Shown in pieces: positions 40,616 to 55,222 of a stretch of 64,000 bases of DNA; position 1 is the first letter of the stretch, and each line of letters starts with the position of its first letter. The DNA is from Octopus vulgaris (Eukaryota). The notes under the pieces were generated by a model, which was not told where the DNA came from, searched no databases, and was given only the letters and a program-made list of their open reading frames with translations. The translations under genes were made by a program, and so were the position numbers. The stretch covers positions 31,868,001 to 31,932,000 of the forward strand of contig OX597829.1 in the NCBI GenBank assembly GCA_951406725.2. Reading direction: 5' to 3'.

Positions 40616-41584
40616 TCATGAACTCAATGGGTTCAGCAGGAACTGGTGAGATAGATTACTGCACCAAAGCATCAATATTTTAACATGGTTTTTGTGGCTG
40701 GATTCCCTTCTTAATGCCAACCACTGTACTGAGTACTTTTTGTTCAGTACCAACACTTGTGAAATTACCAAGTAATTTACAAGACAAGACCCCTGCTCAC
40801 TACTCATCTTAGGGTACACTTGTTAAAGATGATAGCTACAGGTGTCTTTCTGTAGAGCAGATACAAGGTTACCTCAGTTGGAAAAGCCAGATGATGAAGA
40901 TGTGTCAAGGTGCACTTTGCCTTCAAGTTAAAGGATGGTGGCTATAAGAGAAGTGGCATGGGTAGTTAAGTTCATGGGAATGTAAAGGAGATTAGCAGAT
41001 GGATAAGGATAGAGACAATAGAAATGCTGTAGGTGGTGAATATGGCATCATGGTTGATTGTGAATATTAGTTGAAGAGGATGATAGAAGTAGATGTGGAT
41101 CAGCAAAGATGATGTGAAATGCAAGTGACAAGGACAGAGATACTTAAGGGTGGAAATAGTGGGATGCTATTGGCAAAATAATGGTATGTTCAGTGGTAGG
41201 GAATGGTACTAAGAATGCATGAGGAAAAGGGTGAATGATAGTGGGATGGAATATATAATCAATTCTGCTCTCAAGGTTGCATCAGTTAAGTGAATAGTGC
41301 TATGGTCAGAAGGGAGCAGGTTAGGAAGATGAGTTGTGGGTATTTAGAAGATAGGGAGATTCATCAGAGAGACTGAGTGCAGGGGCAGACATAAGCAACA
41401 TGCATTTAACAGTATCATTTTTACTTATATGGATTGGTCTGTATGGCTGTGAAGATCACCAACAAAAGGAGTAAACAACCTTAGTGATGCAGTATGTTTC
41501 TATTTCACAAGAAATTCATTGAAATGTCTTATCGTAATTTTGAGGTAGTATGAAAAACAAAACTGACATAGAAATCTCTCACCC

Positions 41585-41656
<72 letters not shown>

Positions 41657-44239
41657 TCAGGTGCTTTGTTTCTTGTCAAACCATCCAGCCCATGTCAGCA
41701 GTGAGAAACACCACATTAATGTTGATGATGATAATATACCATCATTGTACATACAACAGTCAATGTTTACAATCTGCTGCAAAAACCTGTCCTTCTATTG
41801 AACTATTTATTGTTCAGAGGACTAAGGAAACTAATAACATTTGGAACAAACCAGGCAAGGGTTTGCAACAAGAAAAAACATTTGGCTGCAGAAATACTGC
41901 CCCAATAACTTGTCTTACTCATACCAGCATACAAAAGTAAATGTTAAAATTATATATATATATATACACACATACACTTATGTTAATGCTTGTTTTTATG
42001 TTCAGTTATAATAAAAACAATTTTACATTAATCTGATGGATTATGGTATACTTTTGTAGAGTGAAAATGTGTTATTCTTATACAAGAATGTTTTTGAAAG
42101 TAACTTTGAAATTTCAGCCAGCTAAACCATCATCAGACAGTGGTTTAGCATGTCAATCCATTGAAGTCACTGTCAACAACATTCTTATATAAGAATTATA
42201 TATATATATAGACATAGACATGGCTGTATGGTAAGAAGCTTGCTTCCCAACCACATGGATCCAAGTTCAGTCCCACTACATGGCCTCTGCACAAGTGTCT
42301 TGTACTATAGTCTCACACCAACCAAAGCCCTGTGAGTGGAGTTGGTAGATGAAAACTGAAAGAAGCCCGTTGTGTATATATGTATGTCTGTGTTTGCCCC
42401 CCACCCCACCACCGCTTGACAACTTATGTTGGTGTCTTTACGTCCCCATAACTTAGTTGTTTGACAAAAGAGGCCGATAGAATAAGTACTAGGCTTACAA
42501 AGAATAAGTCCTGGCATTGATTTCGTTGGCTAAAACCCTTTAAGGCAATGTTCCAGCATGGTCACAGTCCTGAAACAGGTAAAAGAATATACATATATAG
42601 AGATACATAGATATAGTTATGAATGTTTATACAAAGAAAATTACAGTAAATCTTTTAACAGTAGAACTCAAAGCAGATAAAGCTATAAATAATAGGATAT
42701 AGAATATCGGGTTAAAAAAACCTTTGGATAGAAAACATTTAGAGTTTTCTGGCAAATTTATTTCATATCACTTGAAGTTTCTTAAAAAAAAATTTAATTC
42801 TTATAATGCAAACAAAAACATTGTGGAGTGAAATAAACATAAAATTATATTCTGTTTGTGGTATTGCATCATTACTTCAAGTTTCATACTCAGCATATGC
42901 CAAACAGTCATCAGACAATAAGTCAAGCCAGTTTGGAAATTAGGCTTGACATATATGGATTTCCTAGTATTGCATTATGGGATTAAAAACTATGGGTAGC
43001 CTAACTTGTTGTATATAGGTAATGTTTGGATGAGTTATTTCCCTTGGCTAGTTCTAAACAAAAAGTAGAAAGAGAAAGCTTTAAAAAATGTGATTAAAGG
43101 ATAGAAGCAGAGGAATTGTTCTATGGAAATTAATAAAGTTAAAGAATGAAACTTGTAAAAAATATCTAAGGGTGATCTGGCAGAATTGTGAGCATGCCAG
43201 GCAAAATGATTAGCATTTTGTCCATCTTTGCATCATGTTCAAATTTCGCTGAGGTTGACTTTGCCTGTCATCTTTCAGGGTCAATAAAACTGGGGTTGAG
43301 GTAATTGGCATACACCCTGCCCTAAAATTGTTGACCTTGTGCCAAAATTTGAAATTATTATTATTATTTTGTATGGCCAACAAGTGGAGTGATACCTCGG
43401 TAAAGAAAGACCTGGCCTTTGGATGTACAGATAAGTTAATCACTAAAGTGTCTACAGCTTAATTATAAAATGTGTCATGGTGCATCAAAACAATTTGAGT
43501 CGGAGAAACAGAACATTAAAAGAATTATATCCTGCAATCATCTGACACATTTGCCCAATCCCAGGCAAAATCAAAATCAGCACTGCCCCCAGTATGACTC
43601 CATAACAAAATCCATCCCTAGACTCAATTTATATTCATACAGCCGTTGCAAATAGATGCAGCTTCTTATATTTTTAAAGGTGTTTTTCTTTCATTGTTGC
43701 ACACTTTTTTTTCACTTTATTGTAAAATCTTCTTCAAAAACTCATAGAATGACCATTAAGTAAAATTAGATGTACCTAGAGTTAGAACTAATTCACAAAC
43801 CTTAAACAATTATTTATCTCTCTGTACTGTACAAATGTGCTCTTCAATATTTTCAAATCTTTATCTTTCCAAACAGTACAGTGATTTGTGGTTAACTATT
43901 CCTTTAATTTTAGCCCACTGTTAGACTCTCTCATTACATTTTATTATTGACACGTTACAATTTAAACTCTAAATTTGGTTTGTCAGAGTTTTATTCATAA
44001 CTAACAAAGGGAAATAACTCACCCAACACTATTTACTACTTCCTGGGATGTGCAACAATCATGCTTCTCTGGTTGACTCTTGCTACACATGCCAGCTTAG
44101 TAAAGAGGTTGTAAAGAAATTATGGTAATAACGATAACCAATAATGGACCATGTATATATAAACCAAAAAATCAATACTCTAAAATACCACCATCACCCC
44201 CAATCAAGAACATTAAAAAGCTTGGAATCAAAGAAGCAA

Positions 44240-45950
44240 CAACTGCAGGACTATGAGAGCCCTCATAAACGACCGAAGAGCTGCAGAGAAAGCCTGGGCT
44301 ATTAAAAACATCAAGGATAATCCTAAGGTCTTTTACTCCTTTGCAAAAACACATAGAACTAGTTTCTTCTATTGGTCCACTGGTTGACAGAAACAGCATC
44401 CTTCACAGTGATGCCAAAGACATGGCTGAGATCCTGCAAAGTCAATACTGCTCTGTTTTCAGTTGACTTAAGCAGCTTTGCTTCTTTGAATCCTCAACAT
44501 GTCCTTTCTGATATAACCTTCGACGCCACTAATATCCTAGCAGCAATAAAAGAAATCAAACCCGATTCAGCAGTGGAGTGGGTCCAGACAGGTTTCCTGC
44601 TAGAGTGCTGAATGAATGCAGACAGCAACTTGCAGCTCCTCTTGCAAATCACTGGATGCCAATTTTATCCTTCAAAACCATCTCTCCCAGTCTGTTGCTC
44701 CTTTCTTTAAAAAGGGGAATAAATTGCTCCCTGTAAACTAGTGTCCAATCTCACTTCACATATCATCAAATTATTTGAGAGAGTGTTGGGATCAAGAATA
44801 TGACATATTTCATATCAGTTACGTTCGTATGAATAAAAGATAATCGTTATTAAACTAGAACAAAATCATCTGAATTGCAACCAGCATGGCTTACAAGGTG
44901 GGAGGGACTGTCTAACACAACTCCTCCTCCACTTTGATGACATCTTAAATACACTAAGAGAGGGCTCCAATGTGGACGTCATATACCTTGATTTCAGCAA
45001 GGCCTTTGACAGAGTAAGCCACAATATACTGTTATGGAAACTATCCAATGCTGGAGTCAGTGGAAAACTACTCCAATGGATTAGGACCCAGCATGTTGTG
45101 GTTGATGACATCTACTCAAGACCAGCAAAAGTCATTAGCAGAGTTCCGGAAGGTACTGTGCTGGGTCCACATCTTTTTATTGTCTGTATCAATGATATTG
45201 CAGATTCCATTGAACGTAACACTATTAAAATATTTGCAGATGACTCTAAGCTGCAGAACGTCGTTGAGGGAGCATATGATCGAACAATGCTTCAATCAGA
45301 CCTATGCACAGTAACCCAGTGGTCACAAAAATAATAATATACACTTGAATGAAGAAAAACTGAGCTCATCCGCTTCGGAAAAGAGGGCACACTCAACCAT
45401 ATTCGCTTCCGTCGGGAGACCTACTTGAACTGACGGATAATATCAGAGACCTAGGTGTAACTGTCAACAGCAACCTTAGCTGGAGTGTGCACATCAACAA
45501 GAAAGTCAATGTTTCCCACAGAATGAGCTCACAGATCCTCAGAACTTTTCAATGTAGGGATCATGAAACCATCATCCTTCTCTTCTCCACATTCACCAGG
45601 CCCCACCTTGAATACTGCTGCCCATTGTGGTCACCCTACAAAAAACAAGACATAATGAGGATCGAAGCACCATAAAGATCAATCACTAAAAAAATAAATG
45701 GCATGATGGGACTTGATTATTGGGCTCGACCTAAACAGCTGAAGCTCTATTCTCTGCAATGCTGCCATGAGCAAAGCATTATTTGCACCATGTGGAAAAT
45801 ATTCTACCAATATTATCCAAATGATAGTATTGTGCTTACAATTCACCCAAGACTAGGCCTCCATGCAATGCGTCACCTACAAAGGTCAAGATCATATCAC
45901 ATAAGAACATTGCAACAGAATTTCTTCACTGCAAATGGTCCTGCTCTTAG
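44240..45950 (+). mobile_element. CR1-like LINE ORF2 relic (reverse transcriptase)
   Basis: DVIYLDFSKAFDRVSH, VPEGTVLGPHLF, KIFADDSKL, RDLGV and RPHLEYCCPLWSP, with many frameshifts. Confidence 0.92.
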
Positions 45951-46099
45951 TGAAATAATTCAACCCCAGTACCATCTTTTTTTTTTTAAAGTATTGTAAC
46001 AAACTGCTAAGATGGAGTGGGGGTGCATTAACAAACCAACACTGGTTGTCAAATGGTGGTGGAGTCGAACACAAAAATAAACATATGCACAAACATAGA

Positions 46100-47253
46100 C
46101 CGGGGTGAGTCAAAAGTTTTTCATATTTCAAGCTTTAATAGTTCAAAGAAATTACATACAAAAAGTGTTTATTCATCAAAATATATCCCATCATATTCTA
46201 TTGTTGTGCCAGAAACTCAGTTCCATGCTTATACAATTTGGCTAGTTCAGAGGCAAAAAGAAACACTGTGCATTCATCCTCAACTTTCTCCATTTTGCTG
46301 AGCCTCTGCCAAACAGCAAATGAGTTATGGCTTGGAAAAAGCAGTAATTTGATAGTGCAAGGTCTGGAATCTAGACAGAGTGAAGAAGAACTTCCAATAT
46401 CTCAAATTTGCACTTGGTGACATTGACAGTCTGTGCTGGGGCATTGTCTTGCTGTAGGAGTGCATGTCTTCAATTGAAAGATGCTTTCAACACATCAAAT
46501 GCTCGCAGCAGTTGTTGAGCATTGCGGTTAGTGTTCACAGCATGACCATCTGAGACAAGCTAAAGTACAACATACTCTTGAAATTCCACAAAACTCAACA
46601 ACCACCCATGTTTGACAACAGGTTCTGAAGCCTGGCAAGAATAAAACCACTGATTTCTGTTTTTTCATCCCCAGTTACAATTTAATGTCAACAGGTATCT
46701 CAAGAATTTATCATTAGTTGCTTGCAAATGTTCATACATTGTTGAATCTGGTCAGTTCATGAGGAACTTCTTGACAGTGTCTGTTCACAAGACCAAGCTT
46801 ATGGAGGTGTCATTTGATGGTATTTTGTGAATGACCAAGTTCTGCTGACAATGTACAAGTGCTTGTGCTTGCTGTTGTTCAACCATTTCAAGCAAGGTCC
46901 CCATCTACCACAACAAAAGGACTCTCTGACCTCAGTTTGTCCTTGAGACTGTTGTCACCTTCCTTGGAACATCTTAGCCAGTTTTGTGCTGCTCATTCAT
47001 TGACAGTTCCTGGGCTTTTCACATTATTAATTATTTTTGCTTCTGCCCTTGCATTCAGTCCTTTTTACCACAGGTAACATAAAATGGATCAAATTGCAAT
47101 TTTCTCACCACTCATTCTCAAAAGCTGTAAAATGAAGAATAAGCAATTCAGCAACAACTGAACAAATTGTTTCAAATTAATGATATAACATGAAGATACA
47201 AGTTGCCAAAAATTGTCAGTGAAAATCTGAAAAAAACTTTTGACTTAACCTGG
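46100..47253 (-). mobile_element. Mariner element with TIRs, decayed, nested inside a SINE
   Basis: TIRs CCGGGGTGAGTCAAAAGTTTT / AAAACTTTTGACTTAACCTGG with TA on the right. The minus strand gives LLQQDNAP and PDLALSNYCFF. SINE sequence resumes on both sides. Confidence 0.8.
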
Positions 47254-48297
47254 TACAACAAGCTTCTTTTCAATTTCCATCTTCCAAATCCACTCACAAG
47301 GCTTCTAGTAGATTTTTACCCAAGGTGCCATGTAGTGGAACTGAATCTGAAACTATGTGTTTGGGAAGCAAACCTCTTACCACACAGACATGCTTCTGTG
47401 TGTGTAGAGAGAGGAAGAAAGTGAGAGTTATACTTGGAATAAAGCAAAACTACTTCATTTATTAGCCTAAATTTTAAACTGGATAGAAGGTATATTAAGT
47501 TGTTGAATCATGAAACTGACTTGGTCCCCTTGGTTGAAAAATGAGTTCCAACTGTCACTGCATAATAAAAGATAATGGACAGAAACTGTATGGATACTCT
47601 ATATGTTAGTTTACACAGAATAATTCCAAACTGAGCATTAGTGAGTGGGGTGGGGTGGAGTAACAAAGTGATAGACCACCTATTGTTTAGAAAAAACTTA
47701 TCAACAACATCATTATCATTATAATTAATATCATGACCACAAATTATTACCAATACCAGCACTACCACCACCACCATCCTCATCAGCTAACATTACCACT
47801 GTTATTGGTATCAATACTAAAGCTTATTCTATATATATTACCAAAGGTTATTTTAAAGAATTCTAGACTTGTGATATTGGTATTGCATTCTTCAGTTGAT
47901 TGTCCAAATGTGTTTTAGCCGTGTAGTTGTTGGTTTGCTCTATGTCATTCCTGATCTAGGACATTTCAGTCTTCACTATTCCATCTTTTATTCAAACACT
48001 GTGTATCTAAGACTATATTATATAATGTGCATTTTCTGTTAAAGATGAAATTTCAGGGAGTTTTAGCTGTTATTTTTAGTAGGTTGAATGACCATGTTGA
48101 GGCTTCCTTGTGTTAGCTTTCTCGCTGATATGTATGTATGTACGTACATATATATTTATTATATATGTATGTATGTGTTTATATATATATATATATACAA
48201 TATGTTACATTACTCGGTAACATATTGTATAGATAAATTTCCTCTATTTACATAATATTGAGGTCTCTTTCTTTCTTTTGTTATCTTACCGTTTTAT

Positions 48298-48330
<33 letters not shown>

Positions 48331-48437
48331 TTACTAATAGTTAGGAAATGTAATAATTCCAAGCTAACAGGGAAAAAATTTCAATTTAGCACACTAAATC
48401 AAAATTCACAATATGTTATATATATATGTATGTATAG

Positions 48438-48640
48438 AATTTAGCGACAAACCACTATCTAGTTATTCCACCAATAGTGAAAAGATATTATCTATAATAA
48501 CCACATAGAAATTAATGAAATATCTTATGAGATTTTTAGAATAATAATTATAAGATATTTAATTAATCTCTATGTGGTTATTATAGATAATATCTTTTCA
48601 CTATTGATGGAGTAACCAGATAGCGGTTTGTCTCTAAATT
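48438..48640. repeat. Long inverted repeat (~90-bp arms, ~20-nt spacer) between (TA)n tracts
   Basis: AATTTAGCGACAAACC...AAATATCTTAT is the near reverse complement of ATAAGATATTT...GGTTTGTCTCTAAATT. Confidence 0.9.
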
Positions 48641-48817
48641 ATATATATATATACATACATACATACATGTTTATTTATAGTTATATATTCGAAATGTCAG
48701 AAACTCTCTTTTTGTCAAAAATCAAATTAATTCATTCCATGTGCACATCCTCTTGTTGTTTGTCATTGTTATTTTTAATGTTTGTTTATTTGATTTGACT
48801 ATATATATATATATATA

Positions 48818-48868
48818 CTAGAAATGCACCCTGGCATTGCCCGAGTGTTATGACCTATAGCCACATTG

Positions 48869-48904
<36 letters not shown>

Positions 48905-50072
48905 TCAATTTTTTAGTACAAGCAGAATATACGCACCACACACAATGCACTCCAGCATTGCCCAGGTCGTTGATAACAATAACACCACAACCAACTGGTA
49001 TTGCAGTACATGTCTCTGATAAGGAAAAATTGATCTGAAATTGTACCAGTTAGTGAACACGGTGTGCTTCCCCACCAATGAGGGACATGCACTGTGGGTA
49101 GACTCATATATATGTGACCTTAATTTGCCCTTGCATAGATATGCGGTGTTGTTGTCTCCACTGAGGTTATCAGGTCAGACGTTTGATTTCCATCGCAGCA
49201 CCCACATGCATGCTCAACCACTGTGAAAAACAGGGTGGTTGTCGTAAAATCCTTATGAACTTAGTGGCTTATGGAATGAATAATAGGCATGAATATATAC
49301 TAATAATGATAAGGAATTTTGCACAGATTGGGTTGAATAAAGAGAAAAATGTTAAAGGCAGAAAAGCACAAAAGGTTTTAGTCATTGCTTCAAATCTTTA
49401 TCACATTTGAACAAATATAGGCTCTTACTGTGTTAATCATTGGGAAAATTTAATTGAGTTTAGACCTTTGAGAATGCTCCTTTGGCATTCCTGAGTCGTT
49501 TGCTACTGAGAAAATCTGTATGAACAAATTGTTTTTGGTAGTAATGCCAGAAAGAAGGTTCATTACTCAATTTTCTTTTGTAAAATAAGGCTTTGTGCAA
49601 AGAAATTCTATCACAATACTTCAAAGACATTATTTCATCATAGAATATGGAAGATGTTCACATTGGCAGCTTAGTTGTGGTACAAAGAGAATTATTGACA
49701 GAAAATGTGCCAATATTTGTTTAGAAAAACAGATGATTTTTGGTCATTTTGTTTATTACAAATGTATTCATAACACTCCTTGTACATTGCTACATTTTTT
49801 GACACTGCAAACATTAAAATTGGCAATATAGATTAGAAGCAAATTCAAATATTTCAGAAAAATAACCTCAAAATTGTGTGATCCAAACTTGTTTCTGAGG
49901 TTTTTTTGTTGCAAAAAAGAGTTGTGCAAAAAAATATACTTCATTTGCTAGCCAAAAGATTACTGAATCTTTTGTTACCTCATACATCAGAATCGGCAAC
50001 TCAGTTTTCAAATCCATAAGGAACATACGCACCACAAACAGACTCACTCACAAACTCTGTTTTATATATATA
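48818..50072 (-). mobile_element. Non-autonomous Helitron-like element
   Basis: CTAG terminus (48818-48821) with adjacent hairpin CCCTGGCATTGCCCGAG. The other end resembles the 20653 terminus but the TC is not preserved. Confidence 0.55.
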
Positions 50073-50181
50073 TTGGCCTGCTCGCTTAGCCAGCGGAGTG
50101 GCATCATTTGAAGACTAAAACAGTGCAAAGCGCATTGTGACCAGCGATGTGTAGTAACATCTGATAGCCTGGTCGGTCATG

Positions 50182-50226
<45 letters not shown>

Positions 50227-50490
50227 TCATCATCATCATCCTTTAACATCTGCTTTCCATGCTAGCTTGGGTTGGACGATTTAACTGAGGACTGGCAAAC
50301 CAGATGGGTGCACCAGGCTCCAATCTGATCTGGCAGAGTCTCTACAGCTGGATGCCCTTCCTAATGCCAACCACTCCGAGAGTGTAGTGGGTGCTTTTAC
50401 GTGCCACCGACACGAGGGCCAGTCTGGCGGTACTAGCAACAGCCATGCTCAAAATAGTGTTTTTTATATGCCACCTGTACAAAAAATATA

Positions 50491-50564
<74 letters not shown>

Positions 50565-50764
50565 CAAAATAAGAAAATGGAGAAATACATCGAAATCAAA
50601 TATCAATTACCAGATAATACTCAATCACATACTTTATTAAACCACTACATAAGAAACTATAAGGTTAAACATAATAATGCAGAGTAAAGCAGTGTACATA
50701 AAATAGTAATGTTATACAATAAGTAGAATACGTATAATAGAACATAAATATAAATATAGACTAT

Positions 50765-50891
50765 ATCTTACAGCTGTTTCGGCCATGTAGATAAGCATGT
50801 CTCATTCAACTCATATTAGCCATTTGTGGTAGGTCAATATGTAGTTATAACTGAGACATTTACAAAAACATCCTTGGGCCTCTTCGGAGAT
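50765..50891 (-). ncRNA. Type I hammerhead-like motif with 92-nt loop II and a CCGAAGA core variant
   Basis: Minus strand reads AUCU CCGAAGA GGCC [92 nt] GGCC GAAA CAGCUG UA AGAU. Stems I and II pair, stem III is palindromic, and the triplet is GUA. U4 is replaced by C. Confidence 0.62.
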
Positions 50892-51654
50892 TACAAATTA
50901 GATTATATATATACTTATAAAGGTGTGGGTATATACCCATAATAAAACATATACATATACATATGAGTGCATATACTCATACTCATATACATATAAATAT
51001 AAATATACATAATAATTTAAATAATAAAAATTAATAAACATACATATGCTCCACATTCAACATTACAGTTTTTCAACTTAATGTTGTGATAATTACAATA
51101 GAAGAAAAAACATACACATATTAATATCTAAATGCAGATATAGAGAGTCAAGGTTACTTTCTATTAGTTCTTATTAATTTACAAAATGCCATTAATGCTA
51201 GCATCATTATCATTGTCGTTACTACAAATGCTACCTATATCATCATTCATATTATTATCAATAACGCTAATACTAGAGAAACAATACATAAATTCATTAT
51301 TAACAATATAGTCACAATATTATTACAAAACCGTGCAAAGTGTTATATATCCGCATATACATACAAAATAAGAAGTACCAGCATTCTGTTTATACTACAT
51401 TAAATCCACAGGTGTACATATGTAAGTCCATGGTATCCCATGGTGGGTTGCATTTACAACCCCTATCTCAATTTGTATATATATATATATAGTAGTTGTA
51501 TATTATCAACTTAATGTGACAGTCACATGAAGGGAATCACACTACTGCTATTTAGCCTGAGGAAGCATCAACGCTTCCTGTCGGCCTTGACACATTTCCT
51601 GTGTCCTTATGTTTACAAGGGGGAGAGAAACACCTTACCCAGCTAAGCCTGCAA

Positions 51655-51695
51655 CCAGAGACTAGTTTCTGAGTCTTTGCTCATCATCAGTCTGG
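51655..51695 (-). ncRNA. Minimal type I hammerhead ribozyme (Penelope-type)
   Basis: Minus strand reads CCAGA CUGAUGA UGAG caaaga CUCA GAAA C UA G UC UCUGG. That gives a 5-bp stem I, an intact core, a 4-bp stem II, a palindromic ACUAGU stem III and a GUC cleavage triplet. Confidence 0.85.
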
Positions 51696-51798
51696 AGTAG
51701 CATGGCCTGCTACTAGTAGGCCATGCTATTCCAGACTGATTTAAGATTTACAAAAATGTTATAACCAAAATAGGTAAAATGTGCATATATATCAATTA

Positions 51799-53150
<1,352 letters not shown>

Positions 53151-53756
53151 TAAACATTAAAAAGGAAAGATTACATAGAATCAATTTAATATTCATTCAT
53201 GTACTTAATTACTTTTTAGGTGGTTTCTATAAAGACTGCTCAGGGCATTTACTTATGGAATACTGGAAAGATAAACATACTATCTATCTATTAATTTTAA
53301 GATGCTTATAGATACACACACATTTATATATGTGCACACGTACACAAATGTTTATATGTTTATACGGATATAGAATAACCATTTTGCATAGACTTAAGTA
53401 ACTGCAAGATATCTATTTAAGAACAAGAAAAGTAACAATTTATAAGGGATAAGAGGGTAATAGGTTATGTGCATATATGCATATATACACATACACAAAT
53501 ATTTATACGGATATAGTATAACCATTTTGCATAGACTTAAGTAACTGAAAAATATCTATTTAAGAACAAGAAAAGTAATAGAAAACAAAATAAGAATTTA
53601 TAGAAAATAATAAAAAATACATATAACCTACATTTAAAGAGACGGGGATTAAAATTCTTCCCTACCTCAATTTTTTTATTATTTTAATTATATATATAAA
53701 TATACAAGGAGCAAAGATACTGAAGATTCAGTATACACCACGTGGCAAAATTATGA

Positions 53757-55222
53757 GTTGAAAATATGTGGAAAACAAATATAAAAAGTGGAAGAGAAAT
53801 GCCTTCGATTCATATAGTTTAATATCTTTTTATAAATATATACATATTATATGGATGTCATGATATCCAACTGGTTTTCGCTATTTAAATTAGCTTTTCA
53901 AGGGACATTGTACAGTAATCAATTCCCGTGACAAAGGGGTCTCATCATTTTGGATGTTTGAAAAATAAGAATGAGTCTAGAGAGTGAACCAAGAGAAGCA
54001 ACAGGTGGCAAGGGGGATAACTGGCTCTTTAGTATAATTTTTAGGAGAAAACTAAAAAAGGTACCTAGGCGATTGTTTTATCATCTGGAATAAAACCTAT
54101 GGTAAACTCTGGATTTCAAATCCACGCTGAACAATATAAACCCCAACATCAAATTTACAATGGAATATAGCAAGGAATAGCTCCCATTTCTGGACATTTT
54201 GATTTTTAAAAAGTCCAACAACCAAATTGCAATTGATATTTACTATAAACCAACAGACTCAAAACAGTATCTCCTTTTCAGTTCATGCCATCCTAAACAC
54301 ACCAAAATGAATATCTCATTCAATCTAGCAAAAAGGTTCTGTACAATTGTATCTGACACAACCACTCAGGAACTTCACGTACAAGAACTCAAGATAACAC
54401 CCATTGAACACTTATAGATCATGGAAATTGGACACAAACACTCTGACAACAAAACAAAACACCACACCTCACTTCAAATCACTCCCATACTTATCAACCC
54501 ACAACCCCAGAAACAATGAAGTATACAACACAATTATACAAAATCTCCCTCTGCACACTCAAGACCTGAAAACGAACAACATCCTAATTACACATAAATT
54601 CCTCAAATGCAAAAGACAACACAAATCACTCAAGAGACTCCTAGCAAATGCAAAACTATACGCAATACATACAATACCAACAGTTAAAAAATGCAGACGA
54701 CCTAATTGTGGTACATGCCCATACCTAATTGAAGGCTCGGAATTCACTTATCAGTAAGGACAGAAATTCTCAATTACAACCAACTTCACATGTGCTTCCC
54801 AGAACCAGCTCAGGTTGTGGTCACAATTATGTGGACCAAACAACCCTTACTTTGAGACGCAGAGTCACACTGCATAAAGAACAGATTCGTTTCCTTCTAT
54901 ACAGGTAGATAGCACTGAGTGGACATATTGACAGATGTGCATTATACTAAGGAGCCAGTTGTCCCCCTTGCCATCTGTTGCCTCACTTGGTTCACTCTCT
55001 AGACTCATTCTTATTTTTCAAACATCCAAAATGATGAGACCCCTTTGTCACGAGAATTGATTACTGTACAATGTCCCTTGAAAAGTTAATTAAAATGGCG
55101 AAAAATGGTTGGATTTCACGACATCCATATGATATGTATATATTTATAAAAAGATATTAAACTATATGAAATGAAGGCATTTCTCTTCCACTTTTTATAT
55201 TTGCTTTCCACATATTTTCAAC
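53757..55222 (+). mobile_element. Penelope-like element with inverted 282-bp pseudo-LTRs
   Basis: 53757-54038 is the reverse complement of 54941-55222. Between them are RYLGDCF, LPFLDILI, YKPTDSKQYLLFSSCHP, KCRRPNCGTCPY and a GIY-YIG remnant. Confidence 0.9.
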
